Positions 23,774-39,926 of a stretch of DNA of 64,000 nucleotides are shown piece after piece. The position numbers and the translations under genes were made by a program. Source of the DNA: Oikopleura dioica (taxonomy: Eukaryota > Animalia > Chordata); the NCBI GenBank assembly GCA_907165135.1, contig OU015566.1, positions 9,424,001 to 9,488,000 of the forward strand, read 5' to 3'. The notes beneath the pieces were generated by a model. The model had not been told where the DNA came from, did not search any database, and was given only the letters and a program-made list of their open reading frames with translations. How positions within the stretch are numbered: the first letter of the stretch is position 1; the number at the start of each line of letters is the position of its first letter.

Positions 23774-26700
23774 CTAGACAAATCCAAAGGTCTTCGTTTT
23801 GATAGCCATGGACAGTTTCTGCCTCAGAATAGCTTTGGAACTAAAAAAGCTTGATCAAGCTTTGAAGACTCAAAATCTCACCTGTAAAGGGGAAGGTAAA
23901 GGCGGGAGATACAAGTATTGGCAGAGGGCAGACTCTGGTCATTGGGACCGCGAATAGTCACTGAAGGAGCAGGCTCAAAGGCTTCCTCGCCGGCTCGAAG
24001 TGCAGGAGCCCCTAAAATTAATTGAGTCTTTGTATAGCTTTCATGACTGCTACCTGTCCAAAAATAGAGAAGCTCCTGTCTCTCTTGCTGCGTAAACGAA
24101 TCGACAACCTAAACGATTTAAAATATTTATCAACACTTTTTTATAAGATGACTCACCTCCCACAGCCACTTCTGCAACTTCTGTACATCATTCTTTTCAC
24201 TTTCGTCTTTCGCGTTACTTTCATCATTGAACGTCGTCATTGCTGTCAACTTTGCGACGTCAACAGTTGCGACTCCGTTCACCAACAGCCACCAATCCTC
24301 TGGCGTGAGTCCGGCAAGTGCCTGCTCTGATACAACATCGAAAATTCCCTTTCTCAAATGCTCAACAGCATTTTCCCACTTTTTCACCATGATGTAATGG
24401 GCGTATTTACGCACGTAAGTGTAAACGTTTGCGCTCGTCACTGAAAAAAGTTAGTTTCCACTTTCAATTTGAATTCTCACCTGCGATGTTCTGGCCGTCG
24501 GGAATAAGTTCAACCGACTGGATAGTTCCATCGCGGGTTGTCTCGTCGATTTCGAAGGTGAAGCCTAGGTCCTCCACTGATTCAGGGTGTTCTTTCGCGG
24601 AAAGGACCAGTTTTCTTAAATATAATAATCATAAACATGTTTCTAGGTACAGCTAGCTACCTGAGAGACTCGAAGATAGTTGAGTCATAGAAAGCCAGAT
24701 CATGCCAGTTGACTCGTCTTCCAAGAATTTGCTTCACAATCGGACGGGAAAGGGGAGTGGGCAGAGCTCACTATGAAGAAGACCCAGACCGAGAATTCGC
24801 CCGACATTACGGAAAATATTCATTCGCCGTTCAGAACCATTGCCGGGATTAGGGCAGTAGTAGCGCTGGCTTGTGCTGGGCATCGTGAAGAGAGGCTCGT
24901 CATCGGGGTCAGACTTTTTACTGGCTGGCTTTTCTTCAATGTATTGGCCGTTTTCTTTCAAGACTTTGACTGCTTCGGCAACTCGCATCTTGCATAAATC
25001 CTCGTCATTTGTCATGAGAAGGCGATTAGATGCGGAAGATTGAAGGAACATTCCAGTGATCTTTGCCGCATTCAACTTATCCACAGAATGAATCTTTTCA
25101 TAAAGTTGCTCTAAGATAAAAATTAGTGAGCAAAATAGTTGATAATGAGAAGGTCTTACTTTTCAAATCGTTGGAGCTGTTCTTGGCATGAGGATCATCG
25201 TTACCCTTTCCGGGGGACCATGGGGCAGCATTAACATTCAATTGACCCTTGTCTTTGTTCTGTCTTTGTTGATATCGCTGCAAACCAGATAGCCCAGAGC
25301 GGCGAGAGATGTACTCTGACTTCGAAGAAGACGAAGGAGGTGGCAAAACGTCCATCTTAGGAACAGGAAGGTCTTCAAGGAACGCATCCGCAATAGTGGT
25401 GAAGAAGGATCGCATGACACCATTTCCCTCGCCTGGTTCTCCCTCAAAACGAACCTTGATCTTTTTTGACACCATCAAGCCATCAGCACGGCTTGAGGGG
25501 CGACTGACTGGTGCCATCCCTGACCAAAATCCTTGAGAGCGCACACTCTTTGATTGATCCTTGCTCTCTTTCTTTGCGAACTCGTCATTGAGCTGCTTGA
25601 TTGTTTGCGGAATAAGCTTTTCACGCTGACGATGGACAACAAGGGACAATTCTGAGTTCTTTGCGCCTTTTTGAAGATCTTCCATTTGTTTCTGGAATTT
25701 CGATTGTCGAAGGTTGAATGATGCGAGCTGTCGGAGGACAGAATCTTGCTCCGAACCGACATCGTCCATGAAGACACGAGCAAAGATTTCCACACAACTC
25801 TTCCAACGTGAAAGAAGCGCGTCCGGCTCGACATGATTGTCTTGTCCATTTGACTCGCTCACGGGCCACATAAATTCAGACTCCTCATATCGCCGAGTCA
25901 AACTCATATGTTCAGGTAGCCGAACGACTGAGGATTGGGGCGCTTGTTTGCCTTCTCCGCGAGTTCCACGGCCGAAAAGTTCCTCTTTTGAAGCTTTTGG
26001 TCGAAGAAGGTGAGGCTTGTCTGCCAATGGAAGCGCCTTATCGAACGGAGTCTCGAAGGGATCATCGTTCGCGCCGCCGAGGAAAAGCATCGAGTCCGAT
26101 CGGCGGAAGAAAATATGAGTTGGAGTCTCATTAGCTCCAGGAGAGTCAGTTTTCTGGCTTTGCCTTGGAGTTGAGCTCAATGCTCTCTCCGATTTGAGCA
26201 GTGAAATGAACGCATCCAAAACGTAGGCAACATGTCGAAGAGCTCCAACATCAATTGAAGGCATGACATCAGAATGTTCAGAATTCTGTTGCCTCATTAG
26301 AGACAAAGCGTAAGTCATGAATTCATGCGCGGCGATGTGGTTCTTAGTTCTCTTCTGCCCATCAGAATCGTTTCTTAGACGAAGATGATTTCGGCGGGTT
26401 TCAGAGACTTTGCTCAATGTAGCTCCATATCGCAATTGTGATTCAGTCCAGTCCATGGTGGTCATTAACCACTCCCAAGATGGTCGGAGGAGTCGCTGGA
26501 CATTCGGCATTATCTGATCAGAGTCCGTTGATGGACGATTCAGATCAGGCTGCAGAAGAAGAGCAACTTGTTTGATGCAAAGGGCTGCACAGCGGGCAAG
26601 CTTTGATTGGCTTTCGGAAGTTTGGCAAGATCCGGAGAGTGACATATTACGTTTAGAGGGATCTGCACCACCAAGTGCGCCAAAACCTTCTCGGATCATT

Positions 26701-29700
26701 CCACCGCTCTCTCGTGGATCTCTCATTCGGTATCTGCTTTCACGGACAGCCCATGAAAGATTGCCACTGCCTTGCTGGTCATTTAGTCGGCGACGACTGT
26801 TTCGCAAATGGACGATATCAACGTCAGGGAAGATTCCTTCGAAACTTTCATCATCAAAAGGAGTACTTTCTCGATGGTCTCCATCATACAGAGGAGAGCC
26901 GACGTCAAATGTGGACCCGTCACCCCATCGGTCTTCGTCTTGATCCATTTCTTCTTGATCTTCCATATCATCATCCTCATCGACTTCTTCCTCGTCGCGC
27001 TCTTCATGATCATCATGCTCGCTGTTTTCCTCGTCCGTTCCGTCTTCGTTGAAATTGCCAGTTGGCCATCCGCCATAGTCTTCAGGAGGGCCATTGTGCA
27101 AAATATCCTCTTCTTCCAAGTATGGATTATCGTCCAGAACCAGCTGATTGTTCTCATTTATCTGCAATACTGGTAATTCCTCTTCGTCCTCAGCTCCCTC
27201 GTCATCTCCAGTGATTTCGCCGTCTTCTTCACCTTCATTCTCATCTTGATCATTCTCTCTATCATCGCCATCTTGATCACTGATAATCTCTTCGATGGGT
27301 CGATCATTGGTGGCATCCATTTGGTCGTCATTCTCTGAATGATCTGTTTCAGGAATATCGAGCTCCTCTAAAAGGTTCCAACCTCCTCTCGCTCGGTAGG
27401 CATCTCGCTCATCGATCTCTTCCTGCAGTCTGTTTGAGCGTTGTTGATGAACTTCGTTTAATCTTCGTTCAAAAGATCGAATAGCTTGATTTCGGGCGGC
27501 ACTTCCCCAGCGACTTGCTCTTTGAGTTCGATTATTTCCTTCTCCAGAATGCTCCTCGCCAAACTCCGAGCGATCATCAGTATTGAGCAATCGACGGGTG
27601 CTGCGGCTGAAATTTCGGCCTTGAATACCTTCACGGTTGTTAACGGGGCGATTACTCATTCGTGGCGTATCACTTTTCTTTCGTTTCGGAGCGCAAGGAT
27701 CAACCCGGAATAATTCGTCAGTTTCGCCGATAGCATCGTTGGAGTTCGAGAAAAATTCGAAGCCTGGAACTGGCCGGACAGCGCCAAGTCGAACGGGCGC
27801 GAGGAGAGCATCAGATGTCTGGCAGAGTTCTTCGATTGCAATATCTGGCAACTCCTGGAATACCTTCGTAAATCGTTCAAGGCACTTGCGTTGAGCTTCG
27901 TTTGTCATCGTGCTCGGCTGAAGATTTCCTGCAAAACACACATAAACTCTCACTACTGAGCGAATGAAACGGTGGATTCCAAGTAGGACAGTTTCTTCCC
28001 GGTCGGTTCCTTTAGCAAGTTTATACTGCTCAGTCAGGGTATTTAGTAGGGCGCCCATGTAGTCCCATTGGCTTGAGTGAGATAGCCGAAGAAGAAGGGT
28101 CTGGACGAATTTATCAAGCCGAGCTACTCCTTGCTGAGATTCCAGTTGAGTTTTGTCCTCATTGGAGTATTTCGACGAGTAATAACTAGCGGAGAGACTG
28201 TCTCTCTTGAAAACGACTAGTCCTTCGACAGCCTTCCACTCTGCAAGACAGTACTGCAAAGCTTTTCGACAAAAGACAGGCGGTGACTCGCGGCTAGAAG
28301 AACTACTTGAGGCATGAGATCTTCGTGCACCCAAGTTTTGATTGTCAACTTCGGCGAGATTGTTTTGCTCCTTGATTTGGCGCGCAACTGTATGCGCGAG
28401 GAACTGTAGAATGTGCTCGCCTTTGTTGGTGGAGACATGGAAGAGCTGAGTGTGAGTAAGCATCATTTCGAGCAGCAATTCGCGCTCCTTTTGATCGCCA
28501 GGATTGAGAGCCTTGCACGCACAGCTGCTTGGACAATCACAATAGGCAGTTGGCGAGGTTTTCTTGAGAACACACTCGTGGCCAACGTGACAAGTTTGGG
28601 CGCACTCCGTGCAGCAGCAAAGTGACTCAGTCAAATTGCAAGTCTTGCACTCATAAATATCCTGCTTTATATGTTGTTTCTTTGTCCATGTGTAGCTGCA
28701 AGTATCGTTGCAGCAAAGAACATAAAGCGGGTTGAGTTCACGAGGAGAGTTGTCAGGGAAGATGAATTTTTTGATGGCACTACTTGAGTTGGAGCTCTTC
28801 TCGGCTTCGCACAAGTTTAAAATTCGCTCGAAAATCAAGGCAGCATCTTTGTATGCTCGCCGAATGATTGCATACATGAACGGAGTTCGTCCGAACGCAT
28901 CTTTTTCTTGAAGAAGCTTTTCGCAGGCAGAGGATGATAGACAGGAATGCCCGAGCAAAATCTCAAGGCAGTTTTCTTTTGGAACCGATTTCCAGCTTGA
29001 ACCAGAATCTTCCTTTTTGTTAGATCTGGTCTTGCTAAAAGGTGCGCAGATGACAGAAGAACGATTGCTATTTTCCATTTTCTGGGTGATCTTTTGACGA
29101 AGTTCTTCGGCAATCTCTGGCTTAACGATGACAGAAATAGATTCAATCATCTCCGCAAGAGATTTTTGAACATCTGACTTTGTTTGATTCTTCTTGTCCT
29201 TTGAAGGAGCATTGCTATCGATACAAACGTGAAGTAGATTTCGCTCTCCATCAACAACTTCGCCGAGAAGGCGGGGAATGACCCCTTGCCAAATGGGGTT
29301 ATCGGAAAGTACCGAAAGAAGGGCTTTCAAAAGATCAGGATTGTTCTTGATCAAGATTGGCGAGAGAATATGTCGATCCAGGCAGATGAGAGCTACAAAT
29401 GCCCGATCGCGTCTTCTAGTCTCGGTCACATCAGTCATGTTGTAAATTGAGCTTGTAAGCGCGTTTATTGGCGGCAAACCGAGCCAAAACCACTCCGGAT
29501 CTTGAAGTGTTCCTTCGTTAAAGAAAATCGGCTGGTGGATCTTCTTGCTATCGAGGAGGATGCAAGGGACATCACCGAATGTGTGATCAATTTGAACAGC
29601 GTCGTCTTTCGAGAAGCACTCCGGCGTGGCTCTCAGGGAAACTGGTTGATTGATGAAGGTGTTTGTTCCGAGGTCAAATTTTCCATATTGAATTTTGCCG

Positions 29701-31817
29701 GAGTTGCTATTTTTCGAGATCAAGTGCACAGTTGCTTCTTCATCGACTTGAGCTGAGATGACTTTCGAAGAACCAATGTTGAGTTTCTTCGGAGTCCGAA
29801 TGATCGCCTCGATTGATCTTGTCGATTGATTCGCGAGGCATAGCTCTTCTTTTCGGAAAATTTTGATTCCAGGATCGTTAATTTTCTCAGCGTTGCCGTA
29901 GCTGACGATGCAAACATTGTCCTGCATTCGTTTGATAGTGCCAACAACTTCAGTTCTGTCCCCTTGCTCATTAGGAAGAAAAACGACATGTCGCAAATCC
30001 CATTTCTCATGCTCCGCCGAGTCCGTCTCTTCGTGCTTACGTTTTCGATCATTTGACGAGGAGCTGACTGGTTCAAAACTCTCGACGAGAAGTTCGTAAG
30101 GCTGGAGGACCTTGAATTCAACAGCTTGTTTTGTGTCAAGCGAGACGAGATCATGAACCAGTTCGCCAATTCTAGGTTGATTGTCGAGCAGTTTGATGGC
30201 GCGAGTTCGGGCTCTGTAAGCTGGCTGCTTCTTCAAGCAGACAACACTTCCTACCGAAAGGGCTTCTTGCTTTTTGCTAGCCTGCTTTGAAATTGCCTCA
30301 AGCTGACGCTTGCGAAGCTCGTAAGGCGCAACGCCCATCCAGAACGCTTCGTTTCTTACAATGACCAGTGTCCACTGAGAACATGTGTAGAGCAAGGCGT
30401 TGGACAGATCACCAAGTTCTGAGTGGACAGCTGCGGGGGTATCAATAAGATTTTCGAAGGGGTTGATAATTGCATCGGCGAGAATAGCAATTTTGTTGGA
30501 TTTGGTAATGATACTTGCGCGGCAAACACTTCCTGCAAGTTGAGTCACTTCCTCGTTGAGCAGACCAAGCTCCTTCGTTTTCGGATGGAAAATCACATCG
30601 CCATCTTCTACTACCCGATAAGGCTCAGAATCGTGCCAATTCCACTGATGAAGTCGACCACAGCTGTCGAGCGCGAGAAGTTCTTCGTGAAGAGCAGCAA
30701 TATTCACGAACTCGTATCGTTCGTCCTCTTTGTTCAACGGCCACCATTCAGCGTCTTGGTACTGGACGTCTGCGTTGGGCGTATTTGCGTCGCGGGTAGA
30801 CGACTGGCGACTAATTTTTGGCGGCGGTTCGTTGCTGGATGGATTTGCCCGCCGAGCACTAGCAGCTTGAGACGCGCTGAAAAAGGGACGGATAGAAGAG
30901 CCGCGTCCGCGGCTCATCATAAAGCCGAACATTTCTTCCTCGCGGCCAGAATCGCCAATAATCTGCATCAAATCTTCAGCTCCAGAAATGTGAGGAAGAT
31001 AGGTGGAGTGCATGCTCGGTGGAGGATCTTCATCGCGCGTCAAAATGTTGTTGATCGCCATGTTTACGTCCAGATTGGTCATTTGCAGCTCTTTGCGGAT
31101 TGTGTCTCGTGGAGTGCCAGGAGGACATCTTCGCATCGCTTGATGTGGTCTTCTGGCACTTGCATTGATTCATCAACCGGCCGCCCACCGATTCCTACGA
31201 GATTTATTAATTAATAAATTATTATCGAAAATTTACCTGGAGGACGGCGATGATAACTTTGATGCATTCTTCCTCGATGAGAACGAGATTGAAGCGCTAG
31301 TCTGATGTCTTTCGCAATATCCGTGCTCATCAGGCCCGAGTATGTGCCCGACTTGCTCGATCCTTCTTTCATTAATGATGAGTCCTTATCTGGAACTTTT
31401 TCTTTCTTTTCCAACACTCGCGGGCTGGCATGGAAGCCGACTCTGCAAATTTGGCCGTCTTCGGTGAGAAAAGCGAAATGACGGGGACCGATTGCGGCCT
31501 TCTTCATTTTGAACTGCTGGAGTTCATAAAGACCGGTCGATACGTCATTTTCTGCCTATATAAGTGTTTGAAAAAGAAGTAAGACTAGACTATCACTTTA
31601 CTAATAAGCATTATACCGTATAATAATTTATACGGTATAATTTATACGACATTCCCAATGGATTCAAGACTGATAAAATATTAGAAAAATAACAAATTAA
31701 TTTATGATTTTCAAGATTTAAAAATAAAACACCTTCCTTAGATAAAACCTTCAATTTTTCTTGAAATTCTTGCTCAGAAGCAGGGAGTTTCTGGAATATA
31801 ACTTTTATATTCGACAT
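23774..31817 (-). CDS. UBR5: E3 ubiquitin ligase UBR5/EDD/hyperplastic discs (UBA, UBR box, MLLE, HECT); apparent 1-nt frameshift near 31120
   Basis: [20 protein letters not shown] (UBA), [40 protein letters not shown] (UBR box), AAKITGM (MLLE), [12 protein letters not shown] and [21 protein letters not shown] (HECT). Confidence 0.96.
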
Positions 31818-32406
31818 TATGATTTCTTTGTTTCTTTTCTTCGTTTTTCGATCTCTACGTTTTCTTCGTTTTCTTTGGCTTCATAAGGAGCCGACTACAG
31901 TCCCTTACTACACCAGGGATAACTCCTTCTTCTGGTTTTCTCTCGATGAGAGTGTGCCTGCTCGCTGATTGGCTTGTCCGCTCATTCGAAAACTCTCGAA
32001 GGGGTTCGCAATACTCACGCAAGGATTTTTTTCACCGCCGGCTAGAGCATTTTTTTATGAATTATTGATTGAGAATTATTCAACTCAAAAAATTCCAAAA
32101 AAATATCGTAAATTTGTAAATATGCGTACATACGAATTGAAATCTTTCTATTTATATTCTTCTGTTGAAATTTACTCATTCATTAATTATCACGTTTCTT
32201 TGGTACTCCATAGAGTCTTACAGACAACAAATTTTGTTCTCCTCGGGTTAGTCGGTTGCGTCATTTTTCTCTTCAACAACAACTGATCATTATCTACCGT
32301 GCCGTTTAAAAACTGGCACGGCTTTTCCATTTCTCCTCATTCTGAAGATCTGTTTTTCAGGATCGCAAGATAGCAATTTATTTTTTTAAGAGCGAAGGAT
32401 TCAAAA
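31818..32406. promoter_or_regulatory. Divergent promoter region between UBR5 run and NDC80 run, with CCAAT box
   Basis: Head-to-head gene starts; CTGATTGGCT at ~31965-31974. Confidence 0.5.
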
Positions 32407-34466
32407 ATGTACTCCCGTAAATCGGAATTTGATGGGCATCGGCGGCTGACATCCGTTCGTCGATCAGAGTTTCCAGGACAAGGGAATCGCCAGCCAAGAG
32501 AGAGCATTACGGCGGATGCGTACAGATTGAGCATCGCTGGTGGACAATCGACGGTGAAACGACCTAAATCGCACGCATCGAATGATCCACGTGATCTTTC
32601 CAAAAAACAGTAAGCAAGCATGTCCTAATCATTTCTTCAAAATATACCAAGGAACCAAAAAGAAGCTATTGAGAAACTTCAATATTTTTTGATCGACCAG
32701 ATCAACTTCCGCGAAGTCTCGATCAAGGAGCTGTCCACCATGTCAACCGGAATGTTCCTTGAGATTTTCTCAGCTCTTGTGCGCACTGTCTTGGGCCCAC
32801 ACTACTTGACTAGCCTTCAAAATGGCAATGGCAAGATGAAGCCACAAGAGATGATCGTTGAAACTATGCGTGTGTTAGACTACCCTATCAAATTGGTCAA
32901 ATCGAGCTTTCAAAATCTGACGAAACAGACGTTCCCAATTGCACTTGGCGTTTTAGGTAAAAATCTTTCCATCTAACCGTCTTTTTCAACGATTTTAGAC
33001 TGGCTTATCGAGCTGATAAACATCAACCAAGCAGCAGAAAATGCAAGCCAAGACACAGAGGGCCTCGAAGACTTGATTCCCATCTTCGAGGGGTACGCTG
33101 CCTTTGCCGCTAAAGAAGGAGACGTAGATGAGATAATTGACCAAATGTGTGACGAGAGAGCCCGAGTGAAAGAAAGAGAGCTGGAGTTGGACGAAGTTGA
33201 CATTGATGATGCGCACAGGCGATTGGCGGAGGCGCGACTTGAAGTCAAGGATTTCAAGAGAGCGAAACTGACCTGCGAAAATGATCTCGTCGGTAAGAGT
33301 TTCTTCGAATTTCTATGACTAATTTTAATTTAAGATCTGACGAAAAGGATCGATGACTCCTCAAAATACCTCGCGATGACCAAGTACAAGACCGAAAAAA
33401 CCGTACAAGAGGTGAAAGCGTTGCGCGAAGAAGAGACGAAGCAAAAAGAAATGATCGAACAACTCAAAAAAGACAACTCAGAGATCAGAGAACGAATCGG
33501 CGATCAAGAGACAGCCATTGAAAAGAAACACCGATACAATGCGCTCCTCGAAGAGGATCAAAAGTGGCAAGAAAGTGTTGCGGCGCAACGAGAGGATCTT
33601 GGAAAAATTCGTAAATAAGCTTTTTACAAAGAAAAGTCGTTCTTGAAATCATTTTAAGAGGTCAAAGTACAACGGGTTCGAGCGAACGCAAGAGATATTT
33701 TGATCGAATACAACACAGCCGCCAACTCGCTGCGGGAATTTTCCGAAAAGTTCAAGATCCAATCTTCTATCTCTGCAAATGACTCGGCAATGCTCGAAGA
33801 AAAGCTGAAACTCGTCAGCGAGGCGGATCAACGTTGCCACCAGCAGATCAGCTCTCTTACGAGTGAAACGGACATGCTCAACTTTGAAAATGATGAGCTT
33901 GAAAAGTATGTTTTATTCTAAGATATCGAGATTTGACGTGGGTTTTTCAGGCAAATTCAATCGGAGCAGGATGACCAAGACTTTGTTCAAATGCAGTTCG
34001 ATACAAGATTCAAAAAGAGCAAGGTCGAGCTGAAAAACGTCGAGGAAGAAAATGCCATTCTCAAGAGCCGAATCCAGAAAACGAAGGAAACTGTTATCAA
34101 CATCAGTGCAGACATTGAAGCGCTTCAAGTAAGTCAGTACGGTAGATCCATCGTTAGAATGTTATTTTAGTCGGACAAGACGGACCTTCAGCGAAAGCTC
34201 CAAGATGTCAAAGAAGAAGACAGCAACGCCACCTTCGCCAAAGACGAAGATAACAGCTTGATAGAGCTCCTCCAAGCGGCGGATGAAAAAAAGAAAGATG
34301 CTGAGGCTCAAAACAAAAGTAAATCCAAGACCTTATCCATTATTCATTAAAAATTTTCTATAAAGCTGTTCGGGGAATCTTCGAGCGAGAAATGACCGCA
34401 GTCCAGACACGCATCAAACGCGCCGAAGAAATCCACGAGCTCAGCAAGAAAAACGAGCTGAACTAA
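32407..34466 (+). CDS. NDC80: Kinetochore protein NDC80/HEC1
   Basis: Basic N-tail, DPRDLSK, CH domain (VSIKEL..FLEIFSALV..LDYPIKLVKSSF..FPIALGVLDWL), then long coiled coil. Confidence 0.85.
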
Positions 34467-34809
34467 ACTTATTCCTCAAGTTCAACTTTCATATTCCCCC
34501 TTATCACACTGCCCCTTTATCACTAACCCAAAAACCCTCACTTTTTCATTTTTGAAAATAAACTACATGATTTTCAAGATAATCTTGCTTTCCTGACCTT
34601 CTTATTAAAGAAACATCAAACTGACTATCAATCTGTTAAACGGAGGCGTCGATCAATAAACAAGTGTCTTGATTTTTAAATTGACATGGGTCAGTATCGT
34701 ATTTTGTCTATTTATGTTTGACAAAGTTGCTTCCGCTGACTTTGCTATTCTGACGCTCTCTCTTTCACTGATCTATAAATATAAGCAGAGCTTCTATTCA
34801 GCCGCGAAA

Positions 34810-36662
34810 ATGGCAGACAGTACGGTCTTATATCACAATGGCTCGATTTTTTCAAGAAAAGGGCGCCCAGACTCGTGGATTTTGATAAAAAATGGTAGAG
34901 TTGCATCCAGGGGAACGTCAAAAGAGGAGTTAGAGAAATACAAGGCATCTGTCGCGAATTGTGTCAATCTTGAAGGAAAACTACTCACGCCAGGTAATTA
35001 TAGACGACTCAATTGTTGGGTAAACCTAAACGATAGCAATCAGGCATCGGCGATGCGCACATTCACGTGGGCGACGTTGGATGGGGCAAAGAGGTCCTTG
35101 ACCTTCACAGGAGAGGGCTCAAGAGCAGCATTTTGTATAAATTACTCTTTTATAAACTGTCAGTTTAAGTGATCCCCGAAAAGCTCACAGTCGAAGGAAG
35201 ATTTTGTCAGATTGACAAGAGAATACTTGAACTCAGAAAAATGGCTTTCAATAAAAGATACGGTGAAAAATTTTGAAGCGCTTGGTTGGTGGGAGGAGGC
35301 TGACGTTCCGGATCGTGAGTTTTCTCAAATAGAGACTCAGGCGATTATAAAGCAATAATTAATAGTGAAAACATTGGACTCTCTTGTGAGCGATCGACCG
35401 GCGATCTTTCACCGTAGATGTCTTCATGTGATGGTTTTGAATTCTGCTGCAATTGCAGCGCTAGGCTTAGATTCTGATGAATTTGTTCCTCCAGAAAACA
35501 TCGAAATCGTTAGGTAGAGTGATTTGTTCCTTTTCAAGCCAATAACAGCCGAATTTAGGGATCAGAATGGAAAAGCAACGGGGCTTTTGCGGGAAGGTTT
35601 CAATCTTGTCTCAGAAATACGAGTAGAATCAGAAGAAACGCTCAAAAGACGAATTCTTCTCGGCCTTGAAAGTTGTGTTAAAGCTGGTTTGACCCAAGTT
35701 CACGCCTGCGAAGGAAAGGAGCCAGGTCTACTTGAAGCCTGGATTGAGCTGGCGCAAGAAAACAAGCTAAAGATAAGAGTCTTCCTATCAATCTTTTACG
35801 ACGCCTTTGTTGACTTGAAAACGCGGGGCATTCTTCCGAAACAAGGAGAGACTTTCGGAGATCGGCTCACTTTCGACAGAGTAAAGTTGTTTGCGGATGG
35901 AGCTCTTGGTGCTACTACTGCTGCCCTTAGGTAAAAGACGTTAATAGGCTTGAATTATAGAAAGTTTCGTTCAGTAAACATTACAAACAAGCTCCCCACT
36001 CTGGAATCGCCCTTGAAAGCGTCGAATCAATGACCCGTAAGTTGAAAGAAATCATGAGCGAAGGATATCGAGCTGAAATCCACGTGATCGGAGATCGCGC
36101 CGTTGATATAACTCTCGATGGACTTGTCAAGTCTGGCTTCTCGACAGATCAAATACGCGGCTTCCGGCATGTGCTCAACCACTCGCAAATAATCAGAAAG
36201 GACCAGCATCAGAGAATTATCGATCTTGGCTGCTCCTGCTCAATCCAGCCGCAATTTGTCACTTCCGATGCACCGTGGGTGTACGACTCTGTGCCTGACG
36301 AATTGCATGATGCGTTGTACACCTGGAAGACTTTCCTTAATCTCGAAATTCCTGTTCACGGTGGCTCAGATTCGCCCGTGGAAGAAATTCTCCCTCTTGA
36401 AGCAATCGATGCTGCTATCAAACGATGCAATGGAAAGGGCGGTATATTTATGCCGGAAGAATGCCTCACTCTTCAAGAATCCCTGTCGATTTTCACGCAT
36501 GGTGTTGCGCAAGGAATACGACTTGAAAACAAGATTGGCTCGCTTTTTCCAGATCAGCTCGCCGATTACAACATAATCGATGGTAGTCTTGATGATACCT
36601 CTGTTGGTAACTGGAAGATTCTCGAGTCGTACGTCGATGGAAAACTTGTTTTCAAGGCTTGA
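34810..36662 (+). CDS. YtcJ-like metal-dependent amidohydrolase (Amidohydro_3)
   Basis: LTPGIGDAHIH, RCLHVMVLNSAA, ATGLLRE, VKLFADGALGATTAAL, IHVIGDRA, HVLNHSQ, IQPQF, GGSDSPV, DQLADYNI. Confidence 0.92.
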
Positions 36663-36877
36663 AACCCGCGTCATCGTACCTATTTTATTTCTACAATCGT
36701 TTAATTACTATCAGTTCTTTCTCAATTACAGTTCGATCAAAAGCACGCAAATTTTCTGTAAAAAAACCCCCTCCAACTTTGAAAAAGCGAATCTTGATTT
36801 CTTCAATTAAATTAATGCTATCTAATTAATCATCGACAACTTTTAACTATTTCCTCTGTTCAGAAAACAGAGAAAAA

Positions 36878-37327
36878 ATGAGCTCGTACACAGGCCAACA
36901 TGCACCTTTGACCATTCCAACAGCTCTTATTCCTTCAAACGATACAGAGAAGCTGATTCAACCGAAGCCTGTCCCGAATCCTGTACTCGCTTCTCAACTT
37001 CATAAAGCGTTGAACTCGGAGATCAAGGTCAAGTCAAAAGCAGGCACTTTGATTGAGGAGAAGTCAGAGTTGGAGAAGATTTTTCATTCGAGAAAGACAA
37101 AATCTGTCCAAAAACCTGCTCCTGATAATCGAACGCCAATTGAATGTGAGCTTGGATCTCGCTTACAAGGTATCTTTAACAAACATAATTTTTAGTAAAT
37201 CAACTTTTTTACAGAGCGACGACAACGCCTCGATTCTCTGGAGAAACCAGCTTCAGAAAAAGCACCTGCTCCTTCAGCCGACGAAAATGTCCCTGAATTC
37301 ATGAAAATAAAACTTCGAAAAGCATGA
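36878..37327 (+). CDS. FAM107: FAM107 (DUF1151) family protein
   Basis: LIQPKPVPNPVLASQLHKALNSE..KSELEKIF..RRQRLDSLE..ENVPEFMKIK. Confidence 0.8.
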
Positions 37328-37576
37328 ACTCCAAATTTACAATACTCTTTATCATAATTTTCTTCACGCGCACACAATCTCCTTCAGTTCCACATGAAAT
37401 TACCTCCAGTCCGTCTTATTTTTAATTTCTTCTTTCTTAATTTTCTTCCAGCACCGCATCTTTTCCTTTGAATTTTAAAGTTCTAATCGTTAAGAAATTC
37501 ATTTTTGAGTAATTAAGAACGAAATCGGCTGCAACATTTGCAAAATTACAATTTGACGGGCAGTACGGGCTGGGTC

Positions 37577-39578
<2,002 letters not shown>

Positions 39579-39926
39579 AAAATACGTACTTGAAGTCAAA
39601 ATCTATAGCATAAAAATGTCTAAAATTCTACATTCTACCTGTTCCTGCCACAAATCCCAATTCCCGTTTCTTGCTTGTAAAAATAAAAAACAGTGAAATT
39701 CATCTTTGAGAGTCTCTTTTTTCCTCTCAATTGCGAATATGTATCTAAGTAAATTATGTATCTTTATTTTGGTGGACAGATAAAGAAAGAAATAATTGAA
39801 ACAAACTTCTCCGATGGCAGTTTCGCGTATAAATAATTGAGTGAAGTACGGTTTAAGCTGATCTGATGGGTTGCGGCATCGAGATTCGTGAAATTAAAAT
39901 AATAAATGTCGGCAGGAATGAATGAA

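Noticed and set aside
30423-31214. 263-aa plus-strand ORF
   Set aside because: Antisense shadow of the long UBR5 exon, with no recognisable motifs.
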